This document shows positions 1 through 11,845 of a stretch of DNA of 64,000 bases, in pieces. The stretch spans positions 434,001 to 498,000 of the forward strand of contig CAUYUJ010000270.1 of NCBI GenBank assembly GCA_963575745.1. Direction: 5' to 3'. Below the pieces are notes generated by a model, which was not told the origin of the DNA, ran no database searches, and worked only from the letters and a program-made list of their open reading frames with translations. The stretch is from Prorocentrum cordatum. Lineage: Eukaryota. Each line of letters opens with the position of its first letter. Positions within the stretch are counted from its first letter, which is position 1. Both the position numbers and the translations under genes were made by a program.

Positions 1-866
1 GCTCATGCTCGTGGTGCTGCTCTTGGTGGCCCGATGGCGGCGATGCGATGGTCACGATGATAATGGTTAGGAGGGTGCGAGTGGTGAAAGTGATAGCAAT
101 GCTCCTGAAAGTAATGCCGATGACGGCTGTGCGAATGATACTGACATTGGTGGTGACGGTGCTGCACATGCGCACGGCGACCCTCGCGATGGCAATGCAA
201 GCAATGCTGCCGCTATTGGGGCCCACGGTGTAGCGACAATCTGCAGGGCGATGATGGTGACGACGGTGAAAATGGCAGCCTCAGGCACAGAGAAGCTCTA
301 GCCAACGCGAAACCCTAGGGGAACCGATGCAGTCCTGAGAGGCCAGGCATGGCTAGAGGGGGCCATCCGACCCTCCGCATCTTGAGCTCAGAGGAGCCAC
401 TGCAGACAAGAAGCCCTCCAGAAACTTAGACCCTGACGAGGCCCGGGACTTGGCAAATCGGAGCCCTCGAAGGATCTAAGCCTCGTGGGCCCTGAAGGCC
501 CTGGCTCGCGTGGAGCCCTTGGCGCGCCCCTGGGGCCGCAAGGGGCGCCGAGGTGGTGGTCGCGATGATGAGCATGATGGCGATTCCGGTGATGATGGCA
601 CTGTCCCTGCTCGGCTTCAGCCAGAGGCTGCGTGCGCAGCAGAAGCGCCTGCGATCGCAAAAGAGTCGAACGCTGAGCACGCGCCCCAGCTGCTCTCTGC
701 TGAAGGGCAAGGCGTGCGCGGACGGCGCAAAGCAGTGCGCAGAGCGAAGCGCTGCAGCAAACTACAACGCGTTGCAATGCTAGGGCAGAAGCTGCTGACG
801 CGGCGCCGTGCAAACACGAAGCCCCACCACCCACTGCCTGCTCACACGGGCACGGCAAAAGATCAC

Positions 867-1016
867 CTGCGGTTGCCCCCATCGCCCTCGACATCCGCGA
901 CGAGTTCGCCCTGCATCTCACGCGAGAACTCTGGTGCGCCGTCGGCGAAAAGGCCCCAGCGATCGAACGCATCTCTGGTGACCTTCTGAACGTTGGCCAA
1001 GGAGGCCCTGAAGCCC
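867..1016 (-). CDS. Candidate exon E of minus-strand host gene of unknown function (GFRASLANVQKVTRDAFDRWGLFADGAPEFSREMQGELVADVEGDGGNR)
   Basis: Open frame with GC3-rich codons; ATCAG|G acceptor at 1016 (alternative CCCAG|G at 1058); CAG|GTGAT donor at 867; phase-2 start matches phase-2 end of exon D. Confidence 0.45.
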
Positions 1017-2939
1017 CTGATGGCGCGAGCCTGGCGCATAATGATCAGATGCTGGATCCTGGGCTTCTTCAAAAGCTTCTTGACCATTTTCTTGTTCCCA
1101 AGGTTGAGAGTCCGAAACCATTTGCCAGGAGGCTGCGGCCCCGCCAGAGGATCAACAGACTTGGCCACGAGCTCGGGGGCCGTACTCTTCCCTGGTGCGC
1201 AACGGGAAACACTTGAACCTCAAAAGCTGACCGTGGGTGCTTGATTCGCAAACCGCTACGGAACCGCTGCGTTCGACGTCAGAACGCAATGGGGTATCGC
1301 AATGGGATGCCCAACGCCCCCCCCGCGCCTCCACCGCGCATTGCACAAACCTGCGATGTCGTGAAAGAGCCGCGCTGCGGCGCCCCTGGGGTTTCGTGAA
1401 GACGCGCGCGCGGGGGGAGAGGGGGGCAAAACACGACGGGGCGATTAAGGGGGCCTAACCTCTGGACGCACGCCCACCACACGAACATAACTCGGGATAA
1501 GGCATTCGCATGCAATGTCTGTCCTGGCGACTCAGAGTCTGGCACCAAGCTTACTGGTTGGCGCACTGGCGCCAGCGTGCGACATCCCCCAATAGTAGCG
1601 CACCCTCCCTGCCAGAGGTTTTCCATGACGGCGACATAGCGGCCAACCCCCGTGCACCGCGTCCCATGGTGGGTGGAATGGGGGTGAAACATCGGTGGGC
1701 GATCGTGCGTTCTGGAACACAAGGACATGAAGACCCTTTTATGTAAACGCCAGGGGGCCCGTACACTGCGCCTGTGAGCATTCGTTAGTTTGTTCTGCCA
1801 GTCTCACCGAATACCTTCAAGACCCCATTTCCCATCTCCAAAACTTCTGGAACTGAATGTACACGTCATGTTAATATTGGGGACCGATCCTGTCTAATTC
1901 AGGGCTCCACGAAACCCCTTCCTGATATTCTCAAACGGGGGCAATGAGCATTCTAGGTGGCATCGGCATGGCCCCTGGTAACTAGATCACTAACACTAGC
2001 ACTCGTACCCAATGGAACACCCACCCACTTGTCGTGGACGCAGAAACCACGCAAACAGACCCCGATTCGACCGATCGCGCGCCGTTCGGGGCCGCGCATG
2101 CAACCACTGTGGCGCATTGGACCTGGGGGGGCTACAACTAAAACGGTGGCGGTAGCGCCAAAACGTTTTGACGGCCGCTCCCGCCCCCTCGCCGCACTGC
2201 GACCGCCGCCACCCGCCCGTGCCCACACGCACTGCGAAGATTTTGAACGCGCCAGCACTCACACGTTCCTGCGGCGGCTAGCCGCTCGCCAGAATCATGC
2301 GAGGCCGTCTTTGTTCGAGCGCCCGCGACAGCGCCTCGGATTCCCTGGGGGATAGGTTCCAAGTGACTTTGCCCTGGCCGACATAAGGCGGGCGCCAATC
2401 GCGGACGTTGCACAGCTGAGCAGCGCCGCCGCGTGCCAGCGCTGACCACCTCGCACGGCGGCCGCTATGAACGCGCGCCAAGCGGCGAACTGGCGCCCCA
2501 ACGGCGCAAGCGACTAAACCACGTCGGTGGCAACCTCCGCAGGGCCGCAACCCTCGATGACGTCACGGTCGGGGGCCCCGCGGCGCAGCGACCCCCCCCC
2601 GCGCCACCTGGCCCTGGGGTCGATTGTCCCTGACGTGTCTATCGCCGCACGGGCAGATTGTTATCCACGGCCACGGACGCGACAAAGCTGGAACGCGTCC
2701 ACAACTCCAATGATTAGCCCGACTGGCCTCCTAGGTCCAGAAATCCAAGGACAGGCCGCCGTCATCGCAGGCCATGCCATGGCTTCAGGACGAGACCTGC
2801 GCGGCCGCAGCCAGCGACCTGAAGCTCGAACCGCGCTCGCTGGACTCCATCGGCATCCAAATCTGGTTCACGCCTCTCCCCGGCCGGCTGCCACTCTGGA
2901 AATCGCGAACCCAAAGAGGCAAAAACTAGATATGTGTCT

Positions 2940-3306
2940 TACGTGTTTCTATGTTGTTCGCGTTCTCGCGGTTTCGGGTTTCCGACGCTCCAAGATGGCC
3001 CCACAGGCACCAAAGACTGCCCCAAGACGGCCCAAGAGGCCCCCAAGAGCGCTCCAAGACAATAAAAGATGTTTCCAAACCTGCCCAAGAGGCGCCAATT
3101 CGAGCCTTCCGCTCCCAGAGGCCCCCAGGAGGCCCCGTAAGGCCCACGAGGCCCCCAAGAAACCCAAAAAGAAGCCCCTAGAGGCACCTAAATGGCACCC
3201 CAAGAGGCTTCAAACTGCCTCCAACAGGACGCCGATATGTCCCCCGCGATATCCCAACGAACATCCTACAGGACCTACAACCCACGCGCGGTGGCGGAGT
3301 GGGCCG
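2940..3306 (+). repeat. Dispersed repeat with degenerate GGCCCCAAGA array and conserved terminus
   Basis: Similar arrays at 19500-19675, 21470-21670 and 54950-55075; terminal motif 3240-3306 is similar to 40200-40282. Confidence 0.75.
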
Positions 3307-3889
3307 ACATCTATCTAATATACACACACGCGGGAATTTCTATGAGTGAAGGGGGCCAGACGGTTTCACCGACCCTGGTACGTGGCTGAAGTGGGGCTCT
3401 GCAATGCGGAATGTTGCTGTTGTTGCTTGCCAGCCCCGCCCCTCGCTCCACCAAATGTCCCAGGGGGATGCGCCACAACCAAAGTTCCGAGGCGAGTTCA
3501 GCCGTGGCGACGAGAGCACGACGGAAGCCTAACAACCCCAGGGTCCCTAACGAAAGAAACCGAAATAACTCCATGGAAAGACAGGACACCCCCCGAACCG
3601 CGTCTTGCGAGGCCCCAGAACTTGTTCGGAGAGAATGTGCAGCCTGTTAGATAATAAAAGAGAGGGGGCAGCAGTAGCACGAGGAGGCAGACGACAAACG
3701 AGGAGAAGGAGGAGGAGGGGGAGGAGGCGGACCTCATATTCCTCCTCCTGCTCCGAACGCACCCGTCCTCCTCTGACGACGGGGCGCATGTCGCGTTTGA
3801 CGAGTCGTCGTGAAGTGGCGGCTGGCGTTTGTGTAATACTGTGCTGGAAGTGGGCGCGGTTCGATTCTGCCCCGCAATATATGCCATGA

Positions 3890-5230
3890 TGGTATGCTAT
3901 GCTCTGTTGCGGACGGACTAGCGTGACGTCGTGGCGCCTTTCACGTTAGGTATGTTTTATACTCGGTCGTTGCTGAAACTGTTCGTTTATGTGGCCAGCC
4001 TGGGCTACCCGCGCATGTCGCGTATGATAGGCCGCCCATGCTCGGTCTCTGCTGGGTTATACTCGATCGCATGTTGTTCGTTTCTGTTCTGTTCTATACG
4101 CATATGATTGTTTCTGCTATGCTCTCGACGAGGCGGCGTGACGTCGCGACGCCTGTCCGTTTGAGAAGTCGTCGGCTCGATCGTTGCCGCGCCTATTTTC
4201 TTGTGGCCAAGCGCGGATGCTGACAGTGCGCCCTTGATCTGTCGTTGTTCCCTTAAGCCGTGTTCACTTATGATGTACCCGATAAGGTTCTATTATGCGA
4301 TGCGGCACTATGATACATTCAGCTGTCGACGGGACGGCGTGGCACCGTGGCGCCTGCCACGTTATATGCGTCGTCTGGTCGGTCGTTGTTGCGTCTGTTT
4401 GTACCTGTGGCCTCGCCGACCTCGGCGCGCACGTCACGTTTGATCCTGTTTTGGATTGGCCTATATGTTATGGCATTCCTCTTCAAGACTGCTCTACTTC
4501 AGTCCTCTTGCTTTGGCGCCGCCCTGCACAGCCACAACCCCTGGCATTCCAAGGGGAGGGCGCTGACCCTGAGAAAAAAACTACGGCTGAGCTAAAACCC
4601 CCAGCCTCCAACAACCTACAGCTCGAGAGTGCGGCCAGGGGCGGGGCCGCCGAGCCGCCAGGGCTGTGGCCGGGGACGACGCCAGGGACGATGCCATGGC
4701 CCACTTCTGCCGCCGTATGCTCTGTTATGGTAACCTCTGTCAATGTATGATGTGTTATGCTATGGTAGTCTCTGTTCTGTGGCACCACGTTATGGCATGA
4801 TACGTATGCTCAACCAGGCCTGGTTACACTATAATGTTATATGTGACGTTGCGTAGGATATGACCAGCTCAAAATGTTAAACGAAATATAGCCAATCGTG
4901 TTACACCTGAGTCGTGGACGTAGAGGCAGGAGTAAGAGAACAATTCTGGAATGGTGTGCTGGTTGCGGTGGGTTCAATGCGGCAAGACATGTTGACTTCA
5001 ACATGTTCTAGGTGTGCTGTGCTGTACTATGTCTGTTCTGTTCACCAGGGGGTTGCGTGACGCCCTCACGCCTGTCACGATAGATACGTCGTCCCATCGT
5101 TCGCTGCTGCGCAAGAGCGTTCATGTGACCAGCCTGACCTCGGCTTGCCCATCGCGTTTGAATATATCGTGGTACAACATACAACGCAGTGATGCAATGT
5201 GTTGTCATGTTACCAAGTGATGCGATCATG
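3890..5230 (+). repeat. Degenerate ~210-bp repeat, about 4 copies
   Basis: GCGTGACG..CGCCT..CGTT...TCGTT...GTGGCC...CGT(T/A)TGA units near 3921, 4135, 4337 and 5056. Confidence 0.55.
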
Positions 5231-5719
5231 TGCTATGCTATGATATAGTAAGCCACTATGTGAAATGCAGACTGTGTCATGTTACGTTATGTCATGGTGT
5301 GCTCTACCAGTGCTTGGTAGGACGTGTGGTGCCGTCGTATGCACTGGATGCTTCATGCCAGTGCGCACGCTGTTATGATGTCCTGCGATGTCCTGTTCTG
5401 GTCTTTTACCTGGATATTCACAATCCCTGCAACATGTTCCGATCATATATCATGGTCAGTGGGCTCCGCAAATGGGATGGGTAAGAAGGGATAGTGCCGT
5501 CAAGCATAACATAAGGTAACACTGAAGGGAAGAAGCCGGCCCACCGGCCTACGCACGCGCGCGCGCCGCAAGCTCGTTCCTTTTCCGTTTCCCTAGAGCC
5601 AAAGTAAAATAGCTGCGGGAGCAGAAGTAGTCAGTCAGTACAGCAGGCAGACAGCGCGCGCAAGGAGAGAGAGCAAGCAGGGCGAAAGATTGGTGGGGCG
5701 GAAGGGGTGCATTGACTGT

Positions 5720-7350
5720 TCTGGCATACTATGGAATGGTACGCGTTATTTTCCCATGGTGGTATGATCAACTGTGCGATGCTATGCGATACTGTGTTCT
5801 GTCACTCCTTGTCATGACATGATGTGTCATGGTACGCAATGGTGTGTGCTCTGAGGCTGTCCTACGATGTGATATGTTGTGCCATGGCATATGATACTAT
5901 GGCACGGTATGGTATGGCAAATTACGGTATGTTCTGCACGGTTCTCATTTGAGGTATGGTGGTATGATCTGTGCTGAAAGGTGTATACTATCATGCCGTA
6001 TGGCGGTATGCTATGCTATGTCCTGCTATGATGTAGCATCGTATGCCGCGCTATGTCATGCTATGGTTTCTCATATGTGATGCGATGATACGTGTCATGT
6101 ACTATGTGTTGTGATGCTGTTATGTTGTGGTATGGTCTGTCATATTATGGCATGGTCTGCTCTGTCGTGTCACGTCATGGTGTGTTATGCTCCGTTATTC
6201 CCTACCTAGGCTCTGCCTAGAAGGGTTCTTACCTTAGAGCTTAAAGGGGCCGGGCAATGCTACCCGCCCCGGGCGGTTCCCCCAGCATCCGGCCGCGGTT
6301 CCCCCAGCTACGTCCCCTTAGCTTAGCGTTGCTTATCTCATCTAGCTCAGCCTAGCTTAGCTTAGCTTAGCTTAGGTTAGCTGTGCCTAGCCTAGCTTAG
6401 CTTAGCTTAGCTTGGCTTAGCTTAGCCTGGCCTAGCCTAGCTTAGCTTAGCTTGGCATAGCTTAGCTTACCTTAGCGCAGCATAGCGCAGCGCAGCATTA
6501 GCACAGCATAGCACAGCATAGCATAGCCAAGCATAGCATAGCATAACATAGCATAGCTCAGCATAGCATAGCATAGCGCAGCATAGCATATCATAGCATA
6601 GCACTGCTTAGCACAGCACATCGCAGCATAGCATAGCATAGCACAGCATAGCCTAGGATAGCATAGCATAGCATAGCATAACATAGCATCGCCTATCATA
6701 GCATAGCGCAGCATAGCATAGCAGAACATAGCATGGCATATCATAACATAGCGCTGCATTGCATAGCATAGCATAGCCTAGCATAACACAGCGCAGCCGA
6801 GCGTACCCTAGCATAGCATAGCATAGCATAGCGCAGCATGTCCCTAGCATAGCATAGTATAGCATAGCTCTTCATGTAGATGTAGATGCAAGTGTAGATG
6901 TTAATGTAGCTGTCGGTATAGATGTAGATGTTGCTTTCCTAGCTGCTCCAAGTCCTAGGTAGGGTCGCAATGGGAGAATATGGTGCTACGTATGATCCGA
7001 TATGTCATATAGTCACGTGTTATGCTGCTTCGTGTTAGAATATGATATGGCATGGTATGTGAGTCTGTGTCACGTTATGTGTCGGTATGTTCAGTTACGC
7101 CATGTCTTATTCGGGTAAGCTTGCGTTGCCATATGCAGGAATGCTCTTTGCTATGATGCTGTGCTACGGTATGCACTGCTCTGCCATGGTGTGCTGTATT
7201 ACGAAATGTTATGGCATGATCTTGTATGTTATGCTAGAATATGTCCTGCTAGGTGATGTGGTGTTATGCTCTGTTCTGTCAGAGCTTATACTTATACTTA
7301 GTGCTGTGCTGTACTAAATTATGTTAGTCTGCAGTACCGCTCCGTCATGC
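5720..7350. repeat. Pentamer satellite region: degenerate (TATGC)n flanks with an internal (GCTTA)n/(GCATA)n block in opposite orientation
   Basis: (GCTTA)n 6318-6475, (GCATA)n 6476-6870, (GTAGAT)n 6875-6930; degenerate TATGC/TATGT on both sides. Confidence 0.9.
6200..6964. mobile_element. Putative non-autonomous TIR element carrying satellite
   Basis: Perfect 11-bp inverted repeat CCCTACCTAGG (6200-6210) / CCTAGGTAGGG (6954-6964); no TSD seen. Confidence 0.45.
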
Positions 7351-7375
7351 TATAATTTGTCGGCGTGAGGCGGAA

Positions 7376-7650
7376 CACTCGGGGATACTCGGAGGACCTG
7401 GTGATCTGGCGGCCGCGGTATGCAGAGTGGCGCGAGGCGGGACATTCGGGTACACTCGGGGGACCGGGGGATCTGGCGGCCGCGGTATGCAGAGTGGGCG
7501 AGTCGGCGCGAGGCAGGAAACTCGGGGACACTCGGGAGACCTGGGGATCTGGCGGCAGCGGTATGCAGAGTGGCACGAAGCGGGACACTTGGGGACACTC
7601 GGGGACACTCGGGGTACCTGGGGATCTGGCGGCCGCGGTATACAGGGTGG
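7376..7650 (+). repeat. Minisatellite, 4 copies of ~67-77 bp
   Basis: Core GATCTGGCGGCCGCGGTATGCAGAGTGG at ~7403, 7470, 7546 and 7623, with ACACTCGGGG sub-repeats. Confidence 0.9.
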
Positions 7651-8344
7651 ACGGGTCGGGAGGTCTGTTCTTAAAACCGACCCCAGCTTGCCGGGTGGGG
7701 AAGAAGACACGAACACCTTGATCCTCGAACCTCGACCCACAATCCTCGGTCAGAGCAGGACGCCTGTCTCGGGAGGAGTACTGGCCAGGCTTTCGAGGAA
7801 AAACGACAACATTAAAATCTGCACCCCGAGGATCCCGAGGACGACAACGAGGATGAGGACGAGGACGCATTGGTGGCCCTGCCGAGCCCAAGACGGGCCA
7901 CCCGCGACCCTTCAACCTCGACCCTCGAAACCCAAAAGCTCCAACCAAACAGTTTGAAACAGTCACATGATGCCTGTTTGTGTTGCGTCAAAGCACCCAA
8001 CCATGTGGCGTCATGTTTTTTTCAAAACGTGGCTCCCTAGAGGTTTGGACCCCTTTCCCTAGGACCGAATCTTCAGTCTGGGTTGTTTCCTGGCGGCCCT
8101 GTGGCCCGGTGAAAACCCAAGGATCGGAAAATCATAGAAGACCTTATGTCGTGTTTTTGCTCGCAGCCCGAGGTCAGGGTGCATCAATCATTGAACCTTG
8201 ATCCCAAGTCGAAGCGGCAGGCCGCGTTGAGCCCTGACTGGCAGATCCTAGGGCCTTCGTAAGGGCACCACTTTGGAGGCCGGCTGGACCACCGGCTTCC
8301 CCCGCAACTCGGGTGGCGGTACCTCACGGCGGCCGATCCGTCAC

Positions 8345-9241
8345 CTCCTCCTCCTCGAAGATCAAAGCTGATGGCACTGCCAGGCGGATCCTCGATACCA
8401 TCTTGGTCCTCCTCCTCATCATCATCTTTCTTCTACTCCTATTACTCGCTCCCCCTCCTTCTCCTCCTCTTTCTCCTCCTCCTCATCCCAAAAATCACCC
8501 TTCCTCGTTCCTCACAATCCTCTTTCCTCCTCGTTCCTCCTCCTCATCGTATTTGCTCCTCCTCGTTCCTCCTCTTCCTCCTCCCCTGTCTCATAATCAG
8601 CATCATTATCATCCAGCAGCATCAGCAGCATAATCATCGTCCTTCCTACTCGCCATTCCTCCTCCTCCTGGCTCCGATTCCTCGCTTCTCCTCATCCTCC
8701 TCCTCGTCATTATGCTCTTCCACCTACTCCTCCTTCTCCTCCATGCTCCCCATTATCTCCTGTAGATATCGCTCCTCCTTTTCCTGCTCCTCCTCTTCCT
8801 CCTCATCATCATCATCATCAACAGCAGCAACAACAGCAGCTGCAGCATCGTCATCTCCGTCCTCCTCGCTCCGCCTCCTCCTCATCGCTCCTATTCCTCT
8901 TCAATATCCTCCTATTCCTGCTCCTGCTCCTGCTCCTGCTCCTCCTCCTCCTCCGCCTCCTCCTGGTCCTCCTCCTTCTCCTCCCCCTCAACCCCCTCCT
9001 CCTCCTTCTCTCCTCCTCCGCCTCCTCCTCCTCCTCTCCTCCTTCTACTCCTCCTCCTTATCCTCAACTTCCGCCTCTTCAGCATCAGCATCATCATCAT
9101 CATCAGCATCATCATCATCATCATCATCATCATCAGCATCAGCATCGGCAGCATCAGCATCGGCAGCACCATCAGCATCACCATCACTATCATCACCATC
9201 AGCATCATCATCAGCAGTACCACCGTCGTCGCCATTACCAC

Positions 9242-9285
<44 letters not shown>

Positions 9286-9782
9286 CCATCAGCATCACCA
9301 TCATCATCATCAGCATCATTCTCATCTCATCATCAGCAGCATAAGCATCAGCATCAGCATCAGCGTCATCATCATCACCACCTTCATTACCAGCAGCATA
9401 ACCATAATCATCATACTCATCATAAGCAGCATCATCAATCCTCAACATAATCATGTTCAGCATCATCATCATCAACATCATCTTCAATATCCGAATCGTC
9501 GTCACCATCGCCATCGTCGTCATCATCATCAACAAGATCAGCATCCTTATCATCGCCGTCGCGCCGTCACTTTTCCCGAAGTCATCATCATCATCCTCCT
9601 GCTCCTGCTCATCCTCCAATGCCTCCTGGCTCCTCCTAACTCTTCCCTGCGTCGCCCCCTCCTCCTCCTCCTCCTCATCATCATCATCAGCAGCATCCGC
9701 AGTACCATCATCAACATGATCAGCATCAGCAGCATTATCATCGTCGTCATCAGCCTCATCAGCCTCATCAGCCTCATCAGCC

Positions 9783-9821
<39 letters not shown>

Positions 9822-10589
9822 CCATCATCATCATCAGCAGCAGCAGCAGCAACATCATCAGCATCAGCATCACCATAATCACCAGCTAATTCTAATCACC
9901 AGCATCATCAATTTCACCAGCAACAACGTCAACAACACCACCAGCAGTCCTTTCCGCCTCGCTCCGCCTCCTCCTCCTCCTCCTCGCTCCTCGTCCTCAT
10001 GGTTGCTCCTCCTCCTCCTCCTCATCATCATCATCATCCTCAGCCTCATCGCAAATATCGCCATCCTCACCATCATCTCAATCCTCCGTATTACCATCGT
10101 TATTATCATCCTCATCATCATCATACTTGTCATCGCCATCAGCAGCATCATCCTGATCATCGTCGTCGTCATCGTCGTTGTTGCAACCTTCAGCATCATC
10201 CGCAGCCCCGTCTTCATCTAATGCCGCCTCGCTCCTCCAAGCTTCTCCATGCCCCTCCTCCTCCTCCTCCTCCCTGCTCGGCCCTCGTCCCCTCCTCGTT
10301 CCTCCTCCTACTCTTCATCCTCCTCCTACTCCGCCCTGCTCCTCACCATCCTTCTCATCCTCCTCATCATCATCATCGTCATCATCACCAGCAGCATCTT
10401 CACCCTCATCCTCATCGACATCCTCAGTATCATCTTCGACAACGTTTTTTGTCGTCAGCATCATCAAACTCATTGCCACCATATCATCATCATCATCATC
10501 ATCATCATCAGCAACAGCATCCTCATCAGCATCATCAGCACCAACATCACCACAAGTATCATCATCAGCAGTGGCATCATCATCATCAT
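8345..10589 (+). repeat. Low-complexity (CCT)n/(CAT)n/(CAG)n microsatellite field; left flank of the YR element
   Basis: Direct inspection. Confidence 0.95.
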
Positions 10590-10593
10590 GATC

Positions 10594-10728
10594 GGGCCAG
10601 AAAACCTTTTCAGACGCGCAGCGTGGCAGAGCGGCAGGTTACAAAGTTAAAGGCACGAGCTGACGCACGGCCGCCTGGGGCGGCTGCAAACAATTACAAT
10701 TTGGTCTGGTGAGGCCTGGAGATCTCCC
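10594..10728 (-). repeat. Split direct repeat B2 (3' terminal)
   Basis: GGGCCAGAAAACCTTTTCAGACGCGCAGCG...GGAGATCTCCC; near-identical to 10898-11032. Confidence 0.95.
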
Positions 10729-10736
10729 CCAAGGCA

Positions 10737-10780
<44 letters not shown>

Positions 10781-10805
10781 GGGAGGCAGGACGGGGTTCG
10801 GGACG

Positions 10806-10881
10806 GCGCAGCAAAAACCTTGAGGGTTAACAAAGGCCGCGGGGAGGCACGATCAATGCTGTGCACCGCACTCTCATGATC
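10806..10881 (-). repeat. Split direct repeat A2
   Basis: GCGCAGCAAAAACCTTGAGGGTT...GTGCACCGCACTCTCATGATC; matches 17155-17227. Confidence 0.95.
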
Positions 10882-10897
10882 TACCCACCCCCCCTCT

Positions 10898-11032
10898 GGG
10901 CCAGAAAACCTTTTCAGACGCGCAGCGTGGCAGCGCGGCAGGCTACAAGGTTAAAGGCACGAGCTGACGTACGGCCGCCTGGGGCGGCTGCAAACAGTTA
11001 CAGTTTGGTCTGGTGAGGCCTGGAGATCTCCC
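10898..11032 (-). repeat. Split direct repeat B1
   Basis: Copy of 10594-10728; abuts the MTase stop codon. Confidence 0.95.
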
Positions 11033-11845
11033 TTATCCACGGAGTGGACTGCTTAAAAGTCGCTTATGAATTAAATCTGACAGCACCCTAGTCAGTTCTT
11101 TAGGATAGGCTTGAGCACGTAGAGTATTCCAATTTCCAGAACAATCCTTACCCTCCAAGACGGTATGGCGGCAGCCTGTACGAGAACATAACCCCTTCGA
11201 CATAACACATCTGCAATCTGCCGGAGAGAGATCAAGCCCGTGGGATAACAAAGTAGTGGTCTTTTTTCCAAGCCTCTCCGTACTGACAAAAATCAAAGTG
11301 CACAAACGCGGGAGATAAAACCTCGGCCCAAACAACGTCATCTTTGCATGCTTTTTAATAGCGGGGGCCTTCCAGACACGACTCGTGCGAGGGTTCTCGA
11401 TAGTCCAGGGGATCCCAGCTTTAGACGCAGCCTGACAACAACGCACAGTAAACCACATCAACCGATTTCCATCCTTGACTTTCTTGGCGTCTTTTTCCCC
11501 AAAGCCCGGCAACCCCATGATAAACTTGGCTTCGTCCCGAAGTGGCCATGGGCCGGTGCCACCCCACCTTCTCGCTCTGCTCCAAGCATTGCAGGGCAAC
11601 CCGAACCAAGGACAGCCCACCCTCCTGCTTCTAAGCAAGGCGAGGACACGCTGCTGGTTCTTCTTCTCCAGCAGATCAACGTCACTCATAATGTCCAAGC
11701 CCTCAGCTCGGACGCCGCGCCTTCTCAACGACGCGGTCAATCGGCCTGGTCCCGAGAAAACCTCAAGGCAGCCTTGGCGACCAACGAGTCCCCATCGAGC
11801 TCCACCCTGTCGCGGAACTGGAGATCTGCGCCGAGCTCTGATCAC
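11033..11845 (-). CDS. C5 cytosine DNA methyltransferase-like ORF of the YR element (internally frameshift-scrambled)
   Basis: Motif I CLEVFSGPG, motif IV GLPC, motif VI IENP, C-terminal AQAYP. Confidence 0.8.
   Translation of the reverse strand: MIRARRRSPVPRQGGARWGLVGRQGCLEVFSGPGRLTASLRRRGVRAEGLDIMSDVDLLEKKNQQRVLALLRSRRVGCPWFGLPCNAWSRARRWGGTGPWPLRDEAKFIMGLPGFGEKDAKKVKDGNRLMWFTVRCCQAASKAGIPWTIENPRTSRVWKAPAIKKHAKMTLFGPRFYLPRLCTLIFVSTERLGKKTTTLLSHGLDLSPADCRCVMSKGLCSRTGCRHTVLEGKDCSGNWNTLRAQAYPKELTRVLSDLIHKRLLSSPLRG

Noticed and set aside
1..860. Plus-strand acidic coding relic
   Set aside because: Low-complexity, interrupted, no recognisable motif
8327..8392. Possible additional host exon (IRLAVPSALIFEEEE or DPPGSAISFDLRGGGG)
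   Set aside because: Splice sites are plausible but phases do not fit exons D and E; unresolved
8371..10712. Long poly-S/H/I/M/D ORFs (also 17211-17849, 42981-45135, 56891-57817)
   Set aside because: Stop-free translations of (CAT)n/(CCT)n microsatellites
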